A stretch of 64,000 bases of DNA from the NCBI GenBank assembly GCA_023136265.1, contig JAGLRN010000025.1, positions 12,470 through 76,469 of the forward strand. Direction: 5' to 3'. Made by a program: the position numbers and the translations under genes. The DNA is from Thermoplasmata archaeon. Its GTDB lineage: Archaea; Thermoplasmatota; Thermoplasmata; RBG-16-68-12; JAGMCJ01. Under the pieces are notes generated by a model. The model was not told where the DNA came from and did not search any database. It saw nothing but the letters and a program-made list of their open reading frames with translations. This document shows positions 55,035 through 64,000 of this stretch, in pieces. Numbering within the stretch: position 1 is the stretch's first letter; the number at the start of each line of letters is the position of its first letter.

Positions 55035-56408
55035 TTATTTCTCACTGATTCTCTCCTTTCTGGCCTTCATCGGTTCCCTGACGTAGAGCATGATCAACGT
55101 CAGAGTGATGAACCCGAGGATCGCTGAGATGATGAATGGAACTCCCTCCCCGGGCAAGACGAAAGGAGGGATGCCGAAGAAGCGGCCCTCAAAGGCCATG
55201 TAGACGGCCCCACCTATCGGGGCGCCGATTATCGCCCCCACGTTGAACATCGTCTGCATCATTCCTATCAATCTCCCTCGGACGGCCTTAGGGATTATGT
55301 CCACCTGCAAGGCTCTCAATGCAGGCTGACTGATCTGGAAAGCGAAGAATCGGAATGCCAGCACGCCACTGATGGCCACAAGACCGTAGAGATAAGGATC
55401 CGCAAACGAGTTCGCCCTCCCCAATGCCCGTAAAGGCAGGAGCCCAATAAACGGAAGAATCAGCATAGAGAACCTTGCCAGATAACCGCCCAAGAGAAGA
55501 ACAGGTTTTCGTCCGATCTTGTCCGCCTGTCTCCCAGCAGGGATGTTCGCAATCATTCCAATCGCACCAGTAAGGCCGATTATTATGCCAATCAGATACA
55601 CCTCGATATCGATGACGTCCTTCATGAAGAGAACCGTGACAAAACTCAGTATGCCCATGCTGAACCCATTGACCAACGCGTTGAGGTAGAGAATCCTGAG
55701 CTCGAAAGATGTCCTCGAGTCCAGGACGGTCTTATGCTTTGTCCTTGAACTCCTGTCCCCCTTCTTGCGCTTCTCTGGCTTGATCACATCCTCAACCGTG
55801 GCGAAGAAGAGGCCCGCCGCGATAAGAGACAGAATCGCGAGGACGTAGAAGGGAAACCGATAGCTCGAGAGCGTATCCAGGCCTAGGACGTTCTGCCCCA
55901 TGAAAAGGAGCAGCCCGCCAATGAGGGGGCCGAGAACCCAGCCCGAATTGGACGCAAATATGTAGAATCCCATCGCCTGTCCCCGTTGCCTCTCGGGCAC
56001 GGAGTCCACAAGTAGAGCTTCGCCTACTGGCCAGACCATTGCGGACGCCACACCCTGAAAGGCGCGGACGAAAATCAGACCGACCCAGTCCCCTGGGAGA
56101 GTGAAAAAGAAGGCGAGAAATGCATACATCACGGCCCCTACACCGATTATCCCCTTCCTCCCGATTCTGTCCGATAGGTTGCCGAACGGAGTGGCCAGGA
56201 GAGCACGAGTTACCATGAAAGAAGACAGGAGTATCCCGATTGCGATGACGTCGGCGCCGAGGAACTCGGCATAGAAGGGCAGAAACGGTGCGATCAGCCC
56301 GAACCCGAGGCTGATGAAGAAGGCGAGCGTTGACAGAACATAGAGGTTGACTTTCCTCTGCCTTTCCCCTACAGAAGTAGTTGTGGGCACTGCGAGGAGG
56401 ATATCCAA
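55035..56408 (-). CDS. MFS transporter
   Basis: About 12 TM segments. Motif A GNLSDRIGRK and ADKIGRKP. Confidence 0.92.
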   Translation of the reverse strand: MDILLAVPTTTSVGERQRKVNLYVLSTLAFFISLGFGLIAPFLPFYAEFLGADVIAIGILLSSFMVTRALLATPFGNLSDRIGRKGIIGVGAVMYAFLAFFFTLPGDWVGLIFVRAFQGVASAMVWPVGEALLVDSVPERQRGQAMGFYIFASNSGWVLGPLIGGLLLFMGQNVLGLDTLSSYRFPFYVLAILSLIAAGLFFATVEDVIKPEKRKKGDRSSRTKHKTVLDSRTSFELRILYLNALVNGFSMGILSFVTVLFMKDVIDIEVYLIGIIIGLTGAIGMIANIPAGRQADKIGRKPVLLLGGYLARFSMLILPFIGLLPLRALGRANSFADPYLYGLVAISGVLAFRFFAFQISQPALRALQVDIIPKAVRGRLIGMMQTMFNVGAIIGAPIGGAVYMAFEGRFFGIPPFVLPGEGVPFIISAILGFITLTLIMLYVREPMKARKERISEK

Positions 56409-56446
56409 CCGCGTATAAAAGCCCGATTTGGCGGGCTCTTCCTAGG

Positions 56447-56866
56447 CTACTCCCCGACCATCTGGACGATAAGCTTCCGGCTTCTCCGCTTGTTGTCGAG
56501 CTCCACGAATACGATCTGCTGCCACGTCCCCAGAAGCAGGTTCCCATCCACGAAGGGCACTGTCAGGCTCGGCTTCAAGAACGCAGCCCGAACGTGGCTG
56601 TGTCCGTTGCCATCATGCCACATCTGCTCGTGTCCGTATTCCATGTTCTTCGGGAAGAGCCTCTCCAAAGCATCGGGGATATCCCTCAGAAGGCCTGGCT
56701 CATACTCGATCGTCGTGACCGTGCTTGTGGAACTCCTCGTGAAGATGCAGGCTATCCCGCTGTTCATCCCACAATCGGAAACGACCCGTCTGACATCCTC
56801 CGTCACGTCGATAATGTCAACCTCACCCTGGGTACTGAGCTCAACTGAACCAGTGACTACTGTCAA
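56447..56866 (-). CDS. YjbQ/UPF0047 family protein
   Basis: IDVT, EYEPGL, NGHSHVRA, LGTWQQIVFVELD. Confidence 0.92.
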   Translation of the reverse strand: MTVVTGSVELSTQGEVDIIDVTEDVRRVVSDCGMNSGIACIFTRSSTSTVTTIEYEPGLLRDIPDALERLFPKNMEYGHEQMWHDGNGHSHVRAAFLKPSLTVPFVDGNLLLGTWQQIVFVELDNKRRSRKLIVQMVGE

Positions 56867-56914
56867 ATCATCACCAAGCTTGCATGGGCTGGAGAGATAA
56901 AACGGTGTCGCACT

Positions 56915-57718
56915 CTAGTCGGTGTCGAAGGCTCTGAACTCTTCCGGATACGACTGGATTTCTCCCTGGGCCTCGAGTGGAGGGAGAGGGGAGAGCCTGC
57001 TCTCCCCCGATTCCTGAACGTCAACCGCCACCTGTATGCTCCTTGCCATCACCACGACCTCGTCTTCGAGCACTGTCAGGAAGGTCCTCGATATCCTCTC
57101 CACAACGCACTCTATCAAGCCGGCGATCACACCGTTCAGAACGGAGAAGGCCCCGGTCAGCGGTACGTCCGTTCCGAACTTGAGAAGTGAGTCGTTCTCC
57201 AGCACGATCGTGGAGTCCGAAGCGGTGCGTAGCTCCCGCAACCCCTTCTCAGCTGTGGTGTCTCGGCCCTCCACGGAGAAAGGCATCACGGGGATTGAGA
57301 TGACGACAGCGCCGGAATCGCGGATGATTCCGGAGACTTCGGGAGCGCAGCCAGTTCCTATGCCTCCGCCCAACCCGACAATGAGGAATGCAATGTCAGC
57401 CCTGATCGCAGAAGAGATGCTGTCCCTAGCGGCACGAGCAAGGTCCCTTCCCACATCGGGAACGCCCTTTGCACCTCTGGAATGCTCCGGACCCTTCCCT
57501 AAGCGGATCTTGATGTCGGAGACGACGCTACTGAGACTCTCCTCGTCGGAGTTGATGGCGACTGTCTCATATCTTAGCCCGGACCGTTCCCGAACCTGAC
57601 CGGCGATGTTGCATCCCGCACCGCCGCACCCAACGATGACGATTCGGGGCTCTGGCAGATCTTTCGATAGTATTCCCATGACGTGGTTCACGATTTCCTG
57701 TTCTGTTACTGCGCTCAT
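56915..57718 (-). CDS. FtsZ/tubulin-family protein, GTPase domain only (267 aa)
   Basis: IVGCGGAGCNI, AINSD, GAKG.P..G, GLGGGIGTG (tubulin signature variant), PF.VEG, LEND. No T7 loop or C-terminal domain is seen. Confidence 0.85.
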   Translation of the reverse strand: MSAVTEQEIVNHVMGILSKDLPEPRIVIVGCGGAGCNIAGQVRERSGLRYETVAINSDEESLSSVVSDIKIRLGKGPEHSRGAKGVPDVGRDLARAARDSISSAIRADIAFLIVGLGGGIGTGCAPEVSGIIRDSGAVVISIPVMPFSVEGRDTTAEKGLRELRTASDSTIVLENDSLLKFGTDVPLTGAFSVLNGVIAGLIECVVERISRTFLTVLEDEVVVMARSIQVAVDVQESGESRLSPLPPLEAQGEIQSYPEEFRAFDTD

Positions 57719-57870
57719 CGGTTGCCTCCAAAGGTGTTTGCACGGAAATCTGTGTCCCGAAGGTTTGCATCCCATCCCTTCAGTGAGCAGTGCTTCACGG
57801 CCCTCGCCGTTCCCATCTTTCTGGCTAGCGTTTGAGTCGCACAGACTTCCGCGCCTTGCACGTCCTTTGT

Positions 57871-58254
57871 CTATCGTTCGAGAAGCTCTCTTTTGTCGCC
57901 GAAATCAACCGAGACCTCCGTCCCAGAGGCTATTCCCATTGTCCTCTTGTGTTCGTCGAGCCTTTTCACGTTCTCTGGGGAGAGGAATTCCTCGATGCAT
58001 TTGAGAACCACATATTCCCGAGAGAGGAAATAGCCGTCCCTGATCAAAGCATCGATGAACCCGAGGTACTTCGCTGGTATTTTCACCGATATCTCTTCCT
58101 GGGTCTTCTCCGTGCTGTCAATGAAGGCCTCTACAGCCACCCTCAGGAACTGGGACCGATTCGAGAATTCCTTGCTCTTCAGCAGGAAAGAATCCATCCT
58201 TTCCAGGTTGTCTTTCTCCAGTCTGAGGGTCACGCGTTCGTTGATTTCCTTCAT
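57871..58254 (-). CDS. Ribbon-helix-helix (CopG/CdrS-like) regulator with two RHH units
   Basis: ERVTLRL......MD.......FSNRSQFLRVAV and ISVKIP......IDALI..GYF.SRE, located upstream of the ftsZ-like gene. Confidence 0.82.
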   Translation of the reverse strand: MKEINERVTLRLEKDNLERMDSFLLKSKEFSNRSQFLRVAVEAFIDSTEKTQEEISVKIPAKYLGFIDALIRDGYFLSREYVVLKCIEEFLSPENVKRLDEHKRTMGIASGTEVSVDFGDKRELLER

Positions 58255-58279
58255 TGAGCCACCGCCTGCCCTCGAGGAG

Positions 58280-58297
58280 GTATGACTTGGGTCATAC
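58280..58297. promoter_or_regulatory. Perfect inverted repeat GTATGAC-N4-GTCATAC (candidate RHH operator)
   Basis: Lies between a TATA-like element (58344-58353, minus strand) and the ATG of the RHH gene. Related half-sites are nearby. Confidence 0.5.
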
Positions 58298-58429
58298 AAA
58301 TCGAGAACATAAGGACGTGTTGCAGACGGTATCTGCAGGACGGTATTTAATAATATCGTGATGTGTCTTATCCCGTAGGACAAGGCGAAAGCCTTTTTTC
58401 CGCCCTGGGATTAGTGGGTGAGAACCGAC

Positions 58430-61306
58430 ATGAAAACCGACGAAATACTAGCCATGGAGTCGAAGTGGCAGAAGAAGTGGGAGGAGTCCGGCGCTTTCGA
58501 GGCCGACGCCCGCGAAGGTCAGCCGAAGTTCTTCCTCAATGTCCCGTACCCATACATGAACGGATACCTCCATTTGGGGTTCGGGGTCACGTTTCTGCAC
58601 GCGGAGATCCTGGCCAGGCACCTGCGGATGAAAGGGTACAACGTGCTAATGCCACAGGCATTCCACTGCACGGGCCTGCCGATTGTCGCGGCGGCCAACA
58701 GAATCTCCGAAGGAGAGGAGATGCAGTTCCGAATCATGAGAGACATGGGCATCCCGCAGGACGAAATCATAAGGTTCAAGGATCCCGTCCATTGGACGCA
58801 GTACTTCCCGCCGCAGGCAATGAGCGACCTGAAGAGCCTTGGAGCGTCCGTTGACTGGAGAAGGTCATTCATCACCACTCACCTGAATCCCTTCTACGAC
58901 AGTTTCGTCAAGTGGCATTTCAGAAAACTGAAGGACAATGGCTTCGCGCGTCTCGGAGAACATCCGGTCATCTGGTGTCCGAAGGACGAGGCCCCGGTGG
59001 GCGACCATGACAGATTGGAGGGCGAGGGCGAGACCCCCGCTGAGTTCGTTCTTCTGAAGTTCCCGACCGATGGGAAGTTCCTCTTGGCCGCGACGCTGAG
59101 ACCCGAGACGGTCTACGGGCAGACAAACCTCTGGGTGGATCCTGACGTGGAGTACAAGGAGGTGCGAGTCGGATCCGAGATCTGGGTGGTCAGCGACGAA
59201 ACCGTGAAGAAGCTGGCGGAGCAGAAGAAGGACGTCGAGATTGTTGGTTCCGTGAACGGCAGGGACCTCGTAGGGAAGATGGTCAGAGCGCCCGAGATAG
59301 GGTCGGAGATACCGGTCCTTCCATCGAAGTTCATAGACCCGGCAAAGGGCACGGGAATAGTGACGAGCGTGCCTTCGGACGCCCCCGACGATTGGATAGC
59401 ACTCAAGGATTTGCAGGAAGATGACGAGACCCTCGCCGAGTTCGTTTTGGACCCTGACGAGATCAGGAAGATAGAACCAATCGCGATCATCACGTCCGAA
59501 GGATGGGGGCCCCTCCCAGCAGTGGAGATCGTAGACCGCATGGGAATAGAGAACCAGATGGAAAGGGACAAGCTCGAGAAGGCGAAGGACGAGATATACA
59601 GGACAGGCTACTACACAGGGGTCATGAACGAGGACTGCGGGGACATCTCTGGAATGAAGGTCGAGGAGGCGAAGGACGTAATCAAGCGGAAGATGATCGA
59701 GGCGGGTGAGGCCGATATCTTGTACGAGCCCAGCGGGGAGGTCATCTGCCGTTGCCTGACACCAGCCGTCGTCAAACTCGTTCGCGATCAGTGGTTCCTG
59801 GACTACGGGGATCCGGAGTGGAAGAAGCTCACCTACGAAGCTCTGGAGAAGATGAAGCTGTTCCCGGAAATCTCGAGGAGGCAGTTCGAGTACGTCGTGG
59901 ACTGGCTGCGAGAGTGGGCGTGTGCCCACCACCACGGGCTCGGCACGTACCTTCCCTGGGACGAGAGCTGGGTGATCGAGTCGCTTTCCGACTCCACCAT
60001 CTACATGTCATACTACACGTTCTGCCACCTGTTCCCTGACGAGAGCGCTGACAAGGTCGATGATGATTTCTTTGACTACGTCCTGTTCGAAAGCGGGGAC
60101 GCGAAGTCGGTTGCGGAGAAAACGGGAATCGATGTGGGAACGCTGGACGCGATGAGGAAGGAGTTTCTCTACTGGTATCCCTTCGATCTCAGAAACTCGG
60201 GCAAGGACCTGATCCAGAACCACCTCGTGTTCTGCATATTCAACCATGTCGCGATATTCCCCCAAGAGTGCTGGCCGAGAGCCTTCGGAGTGAACGGGTT
60301 CGTAAAGCTGGAAGGACAGAAGATGTCGAAATCCCACGGGAGAGTGATCTACATAAGGAAGGCGATAAAGGCCTGGGGCGCCGATGCGACACGAATCACG
60401 CTCGCGCAAGGCGGGGAAGGGCTTGATGATCCCTCCTTTGACGGGGATTTCGCCGACTCCGTCGGAAGGAAGCTGCAACTGTGGATGAGGTTCGCACTTG
60501 GTGATCATAGAACTCGAAGTGACGTACGACAGACAGACAGATGGTTCAGATCGATAATGAACGGAGCTCTGAGGAAATACAACGAAGCCATGGGTCTCCT
60601 TAACCTGAGGACAGCGTTGAAACACGCGTATTTCGACCTTCAAGGAGACTGGAACTGGTATCTCAGGAGGTGCAACGACATCCCCAACTCGGAGCTTCTG
60701 GCAGACTTCGTTGAGCTGCAGACAATGCTTCTTGCCCCCTTCGTTCCACACGTGTGCGAAGAGATATGGGAAGGAATCGGAAGGGAGGGTTTCGTATCGC
60801 TCGCCAGACTCCCTGAGATTGATGAAGACAGCATCAAGGTGGAACTGGAGGCGTCCGAGAAGTTCTTCCGGAACACGCTGGATGATGTGAGGCAGATTAC
60901 CAGGGCGACGGGCATGAGCCCCGCGCGGCTTGTGTTCTACACTCATCCGAAATGGATGGCGAACATTTTCGAGGTCGCTGTCGGATTGAAGAAGGAGGGC
61001 AGACTCGAAGTCGGAGTCCTGATGAAAGAGGCCATGAAGGATGACCTCGTAAGGGCGAGTTCGAAGCAGGCCTCCAAGTGGGCGCCCAAGCTTGTGGACC
61101 AGGTCACCAAGATGAAGCCATCCGATGTCGAAATGTTCTCTCAGTGCATCAACGAGAGAGACTACTTGGAGGAGTCGAAGGACTTCCTGGAAAGGGTGTT
61201 CAAGTGCGAGGTCTCGATATTCACCGCGGATGACCCGGAACGACACGATCCCGGGTCAAGGGCCACGGGCGCAAGGCCTTGGCGCCCCGCAATCTCCATC
61301 GAATAA
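58430..61306 (+). CDS. leuS: Leucine--tRNA ligase (archaeal type)
   Basis: PYPYMNGYLHLG, ATLRPET, GTGIVTSVPSDAP, IESLSDSTIY, KMSKS. Confidence 0.97.
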   Translation: MKTDEILAMESKWQKKWEESGAFEADAREGQPKFFLNVPYPYMNGYLHLGFGVTFLHAEILARHLRMKGYNVLMPQAFHCTGLPIVAAANRISEGEEMQFRIMRDMGIPQDEIIRFKDPVHWTQYFPPQAMSDLKSLGASVDWRRSFITTHLNPFYDSFVKWHFRKLKDNGFARLGEHPVIWCPKDEAPVGDHDRLEGEGETPAEFVLLKFPTDGKFLLAATLRPETVYGQTNLWVDPDVEYKEVRVGSEIWVVSDETVKKLAEQKKDVEIVGSVNGRDLVGKMVRAPEIGSEIPVLPSKFIDPAKGTGIVTSVPSDAPDDWIALKDLQEDDETLAEFVLDPDEIRKIEPIAIITSEGWGPLPAVEIVDRMGIENQMERDKLEKAKDEIYRTGYYTGVMNEDCGDISGMKVEEAKDVIKRKMIEAGEADILYEPSGEVICRCLTPAVVKLVRDQWFLDYGDPEWKKLTYEALEKMKLFPEISRRQFEYVVDWLREWACAHHHGLGTYLPWDESWVIESLSDSTIYMSYYTFCHLFPDESADKVDDDFFDYVLFESGDAKSVAEKTGIDVGTLDAMRKEFLYWYPFDLRNSGKDLIQNHLVFCIFNHVAIFPQECWPRAFGVNGFVKLEGQKMSKSHGRVIYIRKAIKAWGADATRITLAQGGEGLDDPSFDGDFADSVGRKLQLWMRFALGDHRTRSDVRQTDRWFRSIMNGALRKYNEAMGLLNLRTALKHAYFDLQGDWNWYLRRCNDIPNSELLADFVELQTMLLAPFVPHVCEEIWEGIGREGFVSLARLPEIDEDSIKVELEASEKFFRNTLDDVRQITRATGMSPARLVFYTHPKWMANIFEVAVGLKKEGRLEVGVLMKEAMKDDLVRASSKQASKWAPKLVDQVTKMKPSDVEMFSQCINERDYLEESKDFLERVFKCEVSIFTADDPERHDPGSRATGARPWRPAISIE

Positions 61307-61341
61307 GGATAATATAGTGAGTGCGCTCTCAGTCACCAGAT

Positions 61342-61415
61342 GGGCCTGTAGCTTAGCTAGGTTGAGCGATCGGCTCTTAACCGATAGGTCAAGGGTTCGA
61401 ATCCCTTCAGGCCCG
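61342..61415 (+). tRNA. tRNA-Lys(CTT), intronless
   Basis: GGGCCTG TA GCTT AGCTAGGTT GAGC G ATCGG CT CTT AA CCGAT AGGTC AAGGG TTCGAAT CCCTT CAGGCCC G. Confidence 0.95.
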
Positions 61416-61466
61416 TACTAATTGCGGTACGAAACCATTATATTGGGGTTAACTGATAGTCTCATC

Positions 61467-62756
61467 GTGACGAAGCGGAAGGGAAGAGGAACTGCTTACA
61501 AGTCGCTACTCGAAGACAAAGAGGTCAAGCGCTGGTATGACAACGTGGCAAGAGGTTCCATCGTGACTGCTGATGTCTATTTGCGTCGATTGGGCAACTT
61601 CTGCAGAGGCCACGAGCTCACGCCAAGAAAGTTCGCTGCAAAATCGAAGAAGGAACTCTACAAGGTTCTTTTGGACTACGTGACCGAGTTGGAGGACAAG
61701 GAACTGACAGGTTCATACATAACGTCGATACTGAAGGCACTCAGATCCTGGCTTGGCCACAACGACAAGGTCATACAGAAGAAGATCAAGGTCAGAGACT
61801 CTGGGATTCATCCTACATTGAAGGACGAGAGAGTGCCAACTCCTCAGGAACTCAAAGGGATCTTTCTTTCTGGAGACAAGAAGACCAGGGTCATGTGTGC
61901 TCTGGTGGCACATTCAGGATTGAGGATACAGACACTGGGCAGCTACACAGGAGACGATGGACTTGTCGTTGGTGATCTTCCTGAGATGAAGGTAAAGGGC
62001 GATTCGATTGCTTTCGAAAAGACACCGACCATAGTCGTGGTCAGGCATGAACTGAGCAAGGCTGGACAGAGGTACTTCTCATTCCTGTCCGAAGAGGGTT
62101 GCGAATATCTGAAGGATTACCTTGAGGAGAGACTCCGCAATGGAGAGAAGATGAAGATGGATTCTCCCATTCTCACGCCAAAAACTGCCAGGAAGCCTTT
62201 CATATCAACGACCAAAGTCTCACACGCGATTAGGGGAGCCATAAGGAAATCTGGCTTTCAATGGCGGCCCTACGTTCTCCGATCCTATTTCGACACACAG
62301 CTCATGCTTGCAGAATCGAAGGGGTGTGTCCTCCGTGATTACAGAACTTTTTGGATGGGGCATGTGGGAGACATTGAGCATAGGTACACCACTAACAAGG
62401 CCAAACTGCCTGCTCAGGTCGTTGAGGATATGAGGGAAGCCTACAGTAGGAGCCAGGAATTCCTGCAGACAAAGGTCCCCGAACTTCCCAAAGAGGAAGA
62501 GCTGAAGCGAATATTCCGCACAGAGCTGTTGCGCATGTCCGGGTTCACTGAGGAGGAGATAGAGAAGGACTCGCTCTGCAACATCTCAGATGAGGAACTG
62601 AGAGACATCATCAGGAACCGTCTGGTCGGGGCCAATCCAAACAACAATCATCAGAAGGTCGTGGGCGTAGATCAAGTCGAAAAATATGTTGCCGAAGGAT
62701 GGGAGTTCGTGACAGCCCTTCCGGACAACAGAATCATCCTCCGATATCCCTCTTGA
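61467..62756 (+). CDS. Tyrosine recombinase / site-specific integrase
   Basis: N-terminal T...Y...L..F SAM-like region, catalytic HSGLR, RPYVLRSYF (HxxR variant), FWMGH and Tyr in HRYTT. Confidence 0.9.
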   Translation: MTKRKGRGTAYKSLLEDKEVKRWYDNVARGSIVTADVYLRRLGNFCRGHELTPRKFAAKSKKELYKVLLDYVTELEDKELTGSYITSILKALRSWLGHNDKVIQKKIKVRDSGIHPTLKDERVPTPQELKGIFLSGDKKTRVMCALVAHSGLRIQTLGSYTGDDGLVVGDLPEMKVKGDSIAFEKTPTIVVVRHELSKAGQRYFSFLSEEGCEYLKDYLEERLRNGEKMKMDSPILTPKTARKPFISTTKVSHAIRGAIRKSGFQWRPYVLRSYFDTQLMLAESKGCVLRDYRTFWMGHVGDIEHRYTTNKAKLPAQVVEDMREAYSRSQEFLQTKVPELPKEEELKRIFRTELLRMSGFTEEEIEKDSLCNISDEELRDIIRNRLVGANPNNNHQKVVGVDQVEKYVAEGWEFVTALPDNRIILRYPS

Positions 62757-63291
62757 AAAGGTGAAGCCAGATATCTAGCTTTGCAAGAAATTCCTCAGCT
62801 GTCAGCTTCTCATTCTCCGCCATGAGAACCTCTCGAAGAACGGATGATGAAGGAAGTTTTTCTGAAGCAAAGCGACGCAGACTCGAGGTCTTGATGATTC
62901 TATTCTCGGGTGAGGGCTGGCTATCCTCATTCTCACTGTGGGTGACCTCGGTTCCAGCCTCTGGCATGACGATATCCCTCCTTGGGGTCCTTTCTTGGAC
63001 CATCGGGTAGACCTCGATCTCACTCGTCTCAATGAATGCACGTCTTCTTGGCACGCGTTTACGTGCCTTCCTAGTCCATCTTCTTGGGACGATAGCAAGC
63101 GGCGTCTCAGACTGTGCAACGCTCATAGAACGCGTTTCTGCGGGCTTGGCGGCGAAACTGGTGAAGACCACCTTGACCTCCCGTTCGGGAACACGACGCA
63201 GGCCTTTTCTACGAACTCGCGCCCTCCTAATAATGGTCGTGTCTTTCTCTGATTGAGACTTCTCCTTACAAGTATCATCAGATTCCGTCAT
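62734..63291 (-). CDS. Hypothetical protein (Arg-rich N-terminal half, helical C-terminal domain)
   Basis: 185-aa ORF convergent with the integrase. Confidence 0.6.
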   Translation of the reverse strand: MTESDDTCKEKSQSEKDTTIIRRARVRRKGLRRVPEREVKVVFTSFAAKPAETRSMSVAQSETPLAIVPRRWTRKARKRVPRRRAFIETSEIEVYPMVQERTPRRDIVMPEAGTEVTHSENEDSQPSPENRIIKTSSLRRFASEKLPSSSVLREVLMAENEKLTAEEFLAKLDIWLHLFKRDIGG

Positions 63292-63427
63292 TCGTCAGAC
63301 CTCGTACCTGGAGCTATGTTTCTGTCGCAGTTCGCACGACGTCGCGGTGTTGGACATTCCATCCCCTCCTTTTGATCTGCCTCCACTGCCGTCACAACAT
63401 TGCCGATATCTCCAGTCCAATCGTGGC

Positions 63428-63943
63428 CTATTCCGCATCATCCTGATCCTCTTCCTCGGGATGACGCCAGAAGTAGCATCCAGTGTCGTTGCAGTTCTGG
63501 CAATTTTCGTCGCAATGTGTGCCTGATGGATAACGGCGTTCGCAATCAAAGCCCTCACAATGTCTCTTGTCGCAATCCTTTGGCGCTTCCGTGCACCTGA
63601 TCCTGCAATCATCAAACTTCTCACAGGTCTTGCAGAATCCATCGTTCTCGCACCTATCCCCGCAAGCATCGAAACTGCAATAGTTGCAGAGCCCATCACA
63701 GAATCTTCCAATGCAATCCGCTTCTTGGCAGGTCATGCATGCCTCCTCTTTAGGGATGCCATCACACATCTCCACAAACTCCTCCCCACCTTCGTCTGTC
63801 GACTCCTGTTCTTCCGGGATGGCATCTTCTTCGTTGTCATTCTCTTGAGGCACCTTTTCCTCTCGTCCAGTCTTTCTTCCGTCATTCCCATCCATTGACT
63901 TCACCACACAATCTTTGCATTCCGCATTCTTCCTATTGTCCAT
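63428..63943 (-). CDS. Acidic cysteine-rich repeat protein
   Basis: 171 aa with 22 Cys and repeated CxxCx4-5C units. Confidence 0.65.
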   Translation of the reverse strand: MDNRKNAECKDCVVKSMDGNDGRKTGREEKVPQENDNEEDAIPEEQESTDEGGEEFVEMCDGIPKEEACMTCQEADCIGRFCDGLCNYCSFDACGDRCENDGFCKTCEKFDDCRIRCTEAPKDCDKRHCEGFDCERRYPSGTHCDENCQNCNDTGCYFWRHPEEEDQDDAE

Positions 63944-64000
63944 TCGACACTCATTCAGACACTTCTCACTGCAGAGGTATTGATGACAATAGCCAGGTAT

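Larger units (their letters stand above)
61416..64000. mobile_element. Left end of a putative integrated element (provirus or integrative plasmid) at tRNA-Lys
   Basis: An integrase lies immediately downstream of a tRNA and is followed by convergent hypothetical ORFs with no housekeeping motifs. The second att copy is not inside the window. Confidence 0.65.

Noticed and set aside
53213-58326. Similar 18-mers ATA(G/A)GGACGTGTTGC(G/A)GA at about 53213 and about 58309
   Set aside because: There are only two copies with mismatches, one inside a probable CDS. This is compatible with chance.
63295-63711. 138-aa alternative frame overlapping the Cys-rich ORF
   Set aside because: Its Ala/Thr/Arg-rich composition looks like an off-frame reading of the Cys/Asp codons. 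The Cys-rich frame has a coherent repeat pattern.
1-64000. CRISPR array, rRNA genes, IS transposases
   Set aside because: No regularly spaced direct repeats, rRNA-like segments or transposase motifs were seen by eye.

Overview
This window is archaeal chromosome, most consistent with an uncultured Thermoplasmatota/Thermoplasmata lineage. That call rests on archaeal ribosomal proteins, the LonB, MptA and NadM genes, DUF835 and PGF-CTERM domains, and BHB-type tRNA introns. The core content is a complete L3-to-SecY ribosomal superoperon, an L18e-L13-S9-rpoN-tRNA-Pro operon, four aminoacyl-tRNA synthetase genes (IleRS, TrpRS, PheRS-alpha, LeuRS), housekeeping enzymes and a cluster of large secreted or surface proteins. 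An integrase-bearing element appears to begin right after tRNA-Lys(CTT) at the right end. The main unusual observations are: (1) a 1898-aa cytoplasmic helical-repeat protein with two Ig-like plus Roadblock/longin-like modules, ending in a diverged copy of the C-terminal domain of the neighbouring IleRS; (2) that IleRS carries about 440 extra residues (HhH, zinc ribbons, DUF835); (3) four tandem Rab-like small GTPases with a nearly identical switch II; (4) a ubiquitin-like GG protein directly followed in frame by a decaying Rpn11-type JAMM gene; (5) tRNA-His and tRNA-Pro both interrupted by BHB introns at the non-canonical T-loop position 59/60; (6) a structured leader before rpl3; (7) a SAP-domain L32e; (8) a CdrS-like regulator upstream of an FtsZ that has only the GTPase domain. 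All assignments come from motif recognition by eye. No database searches or computations were run.
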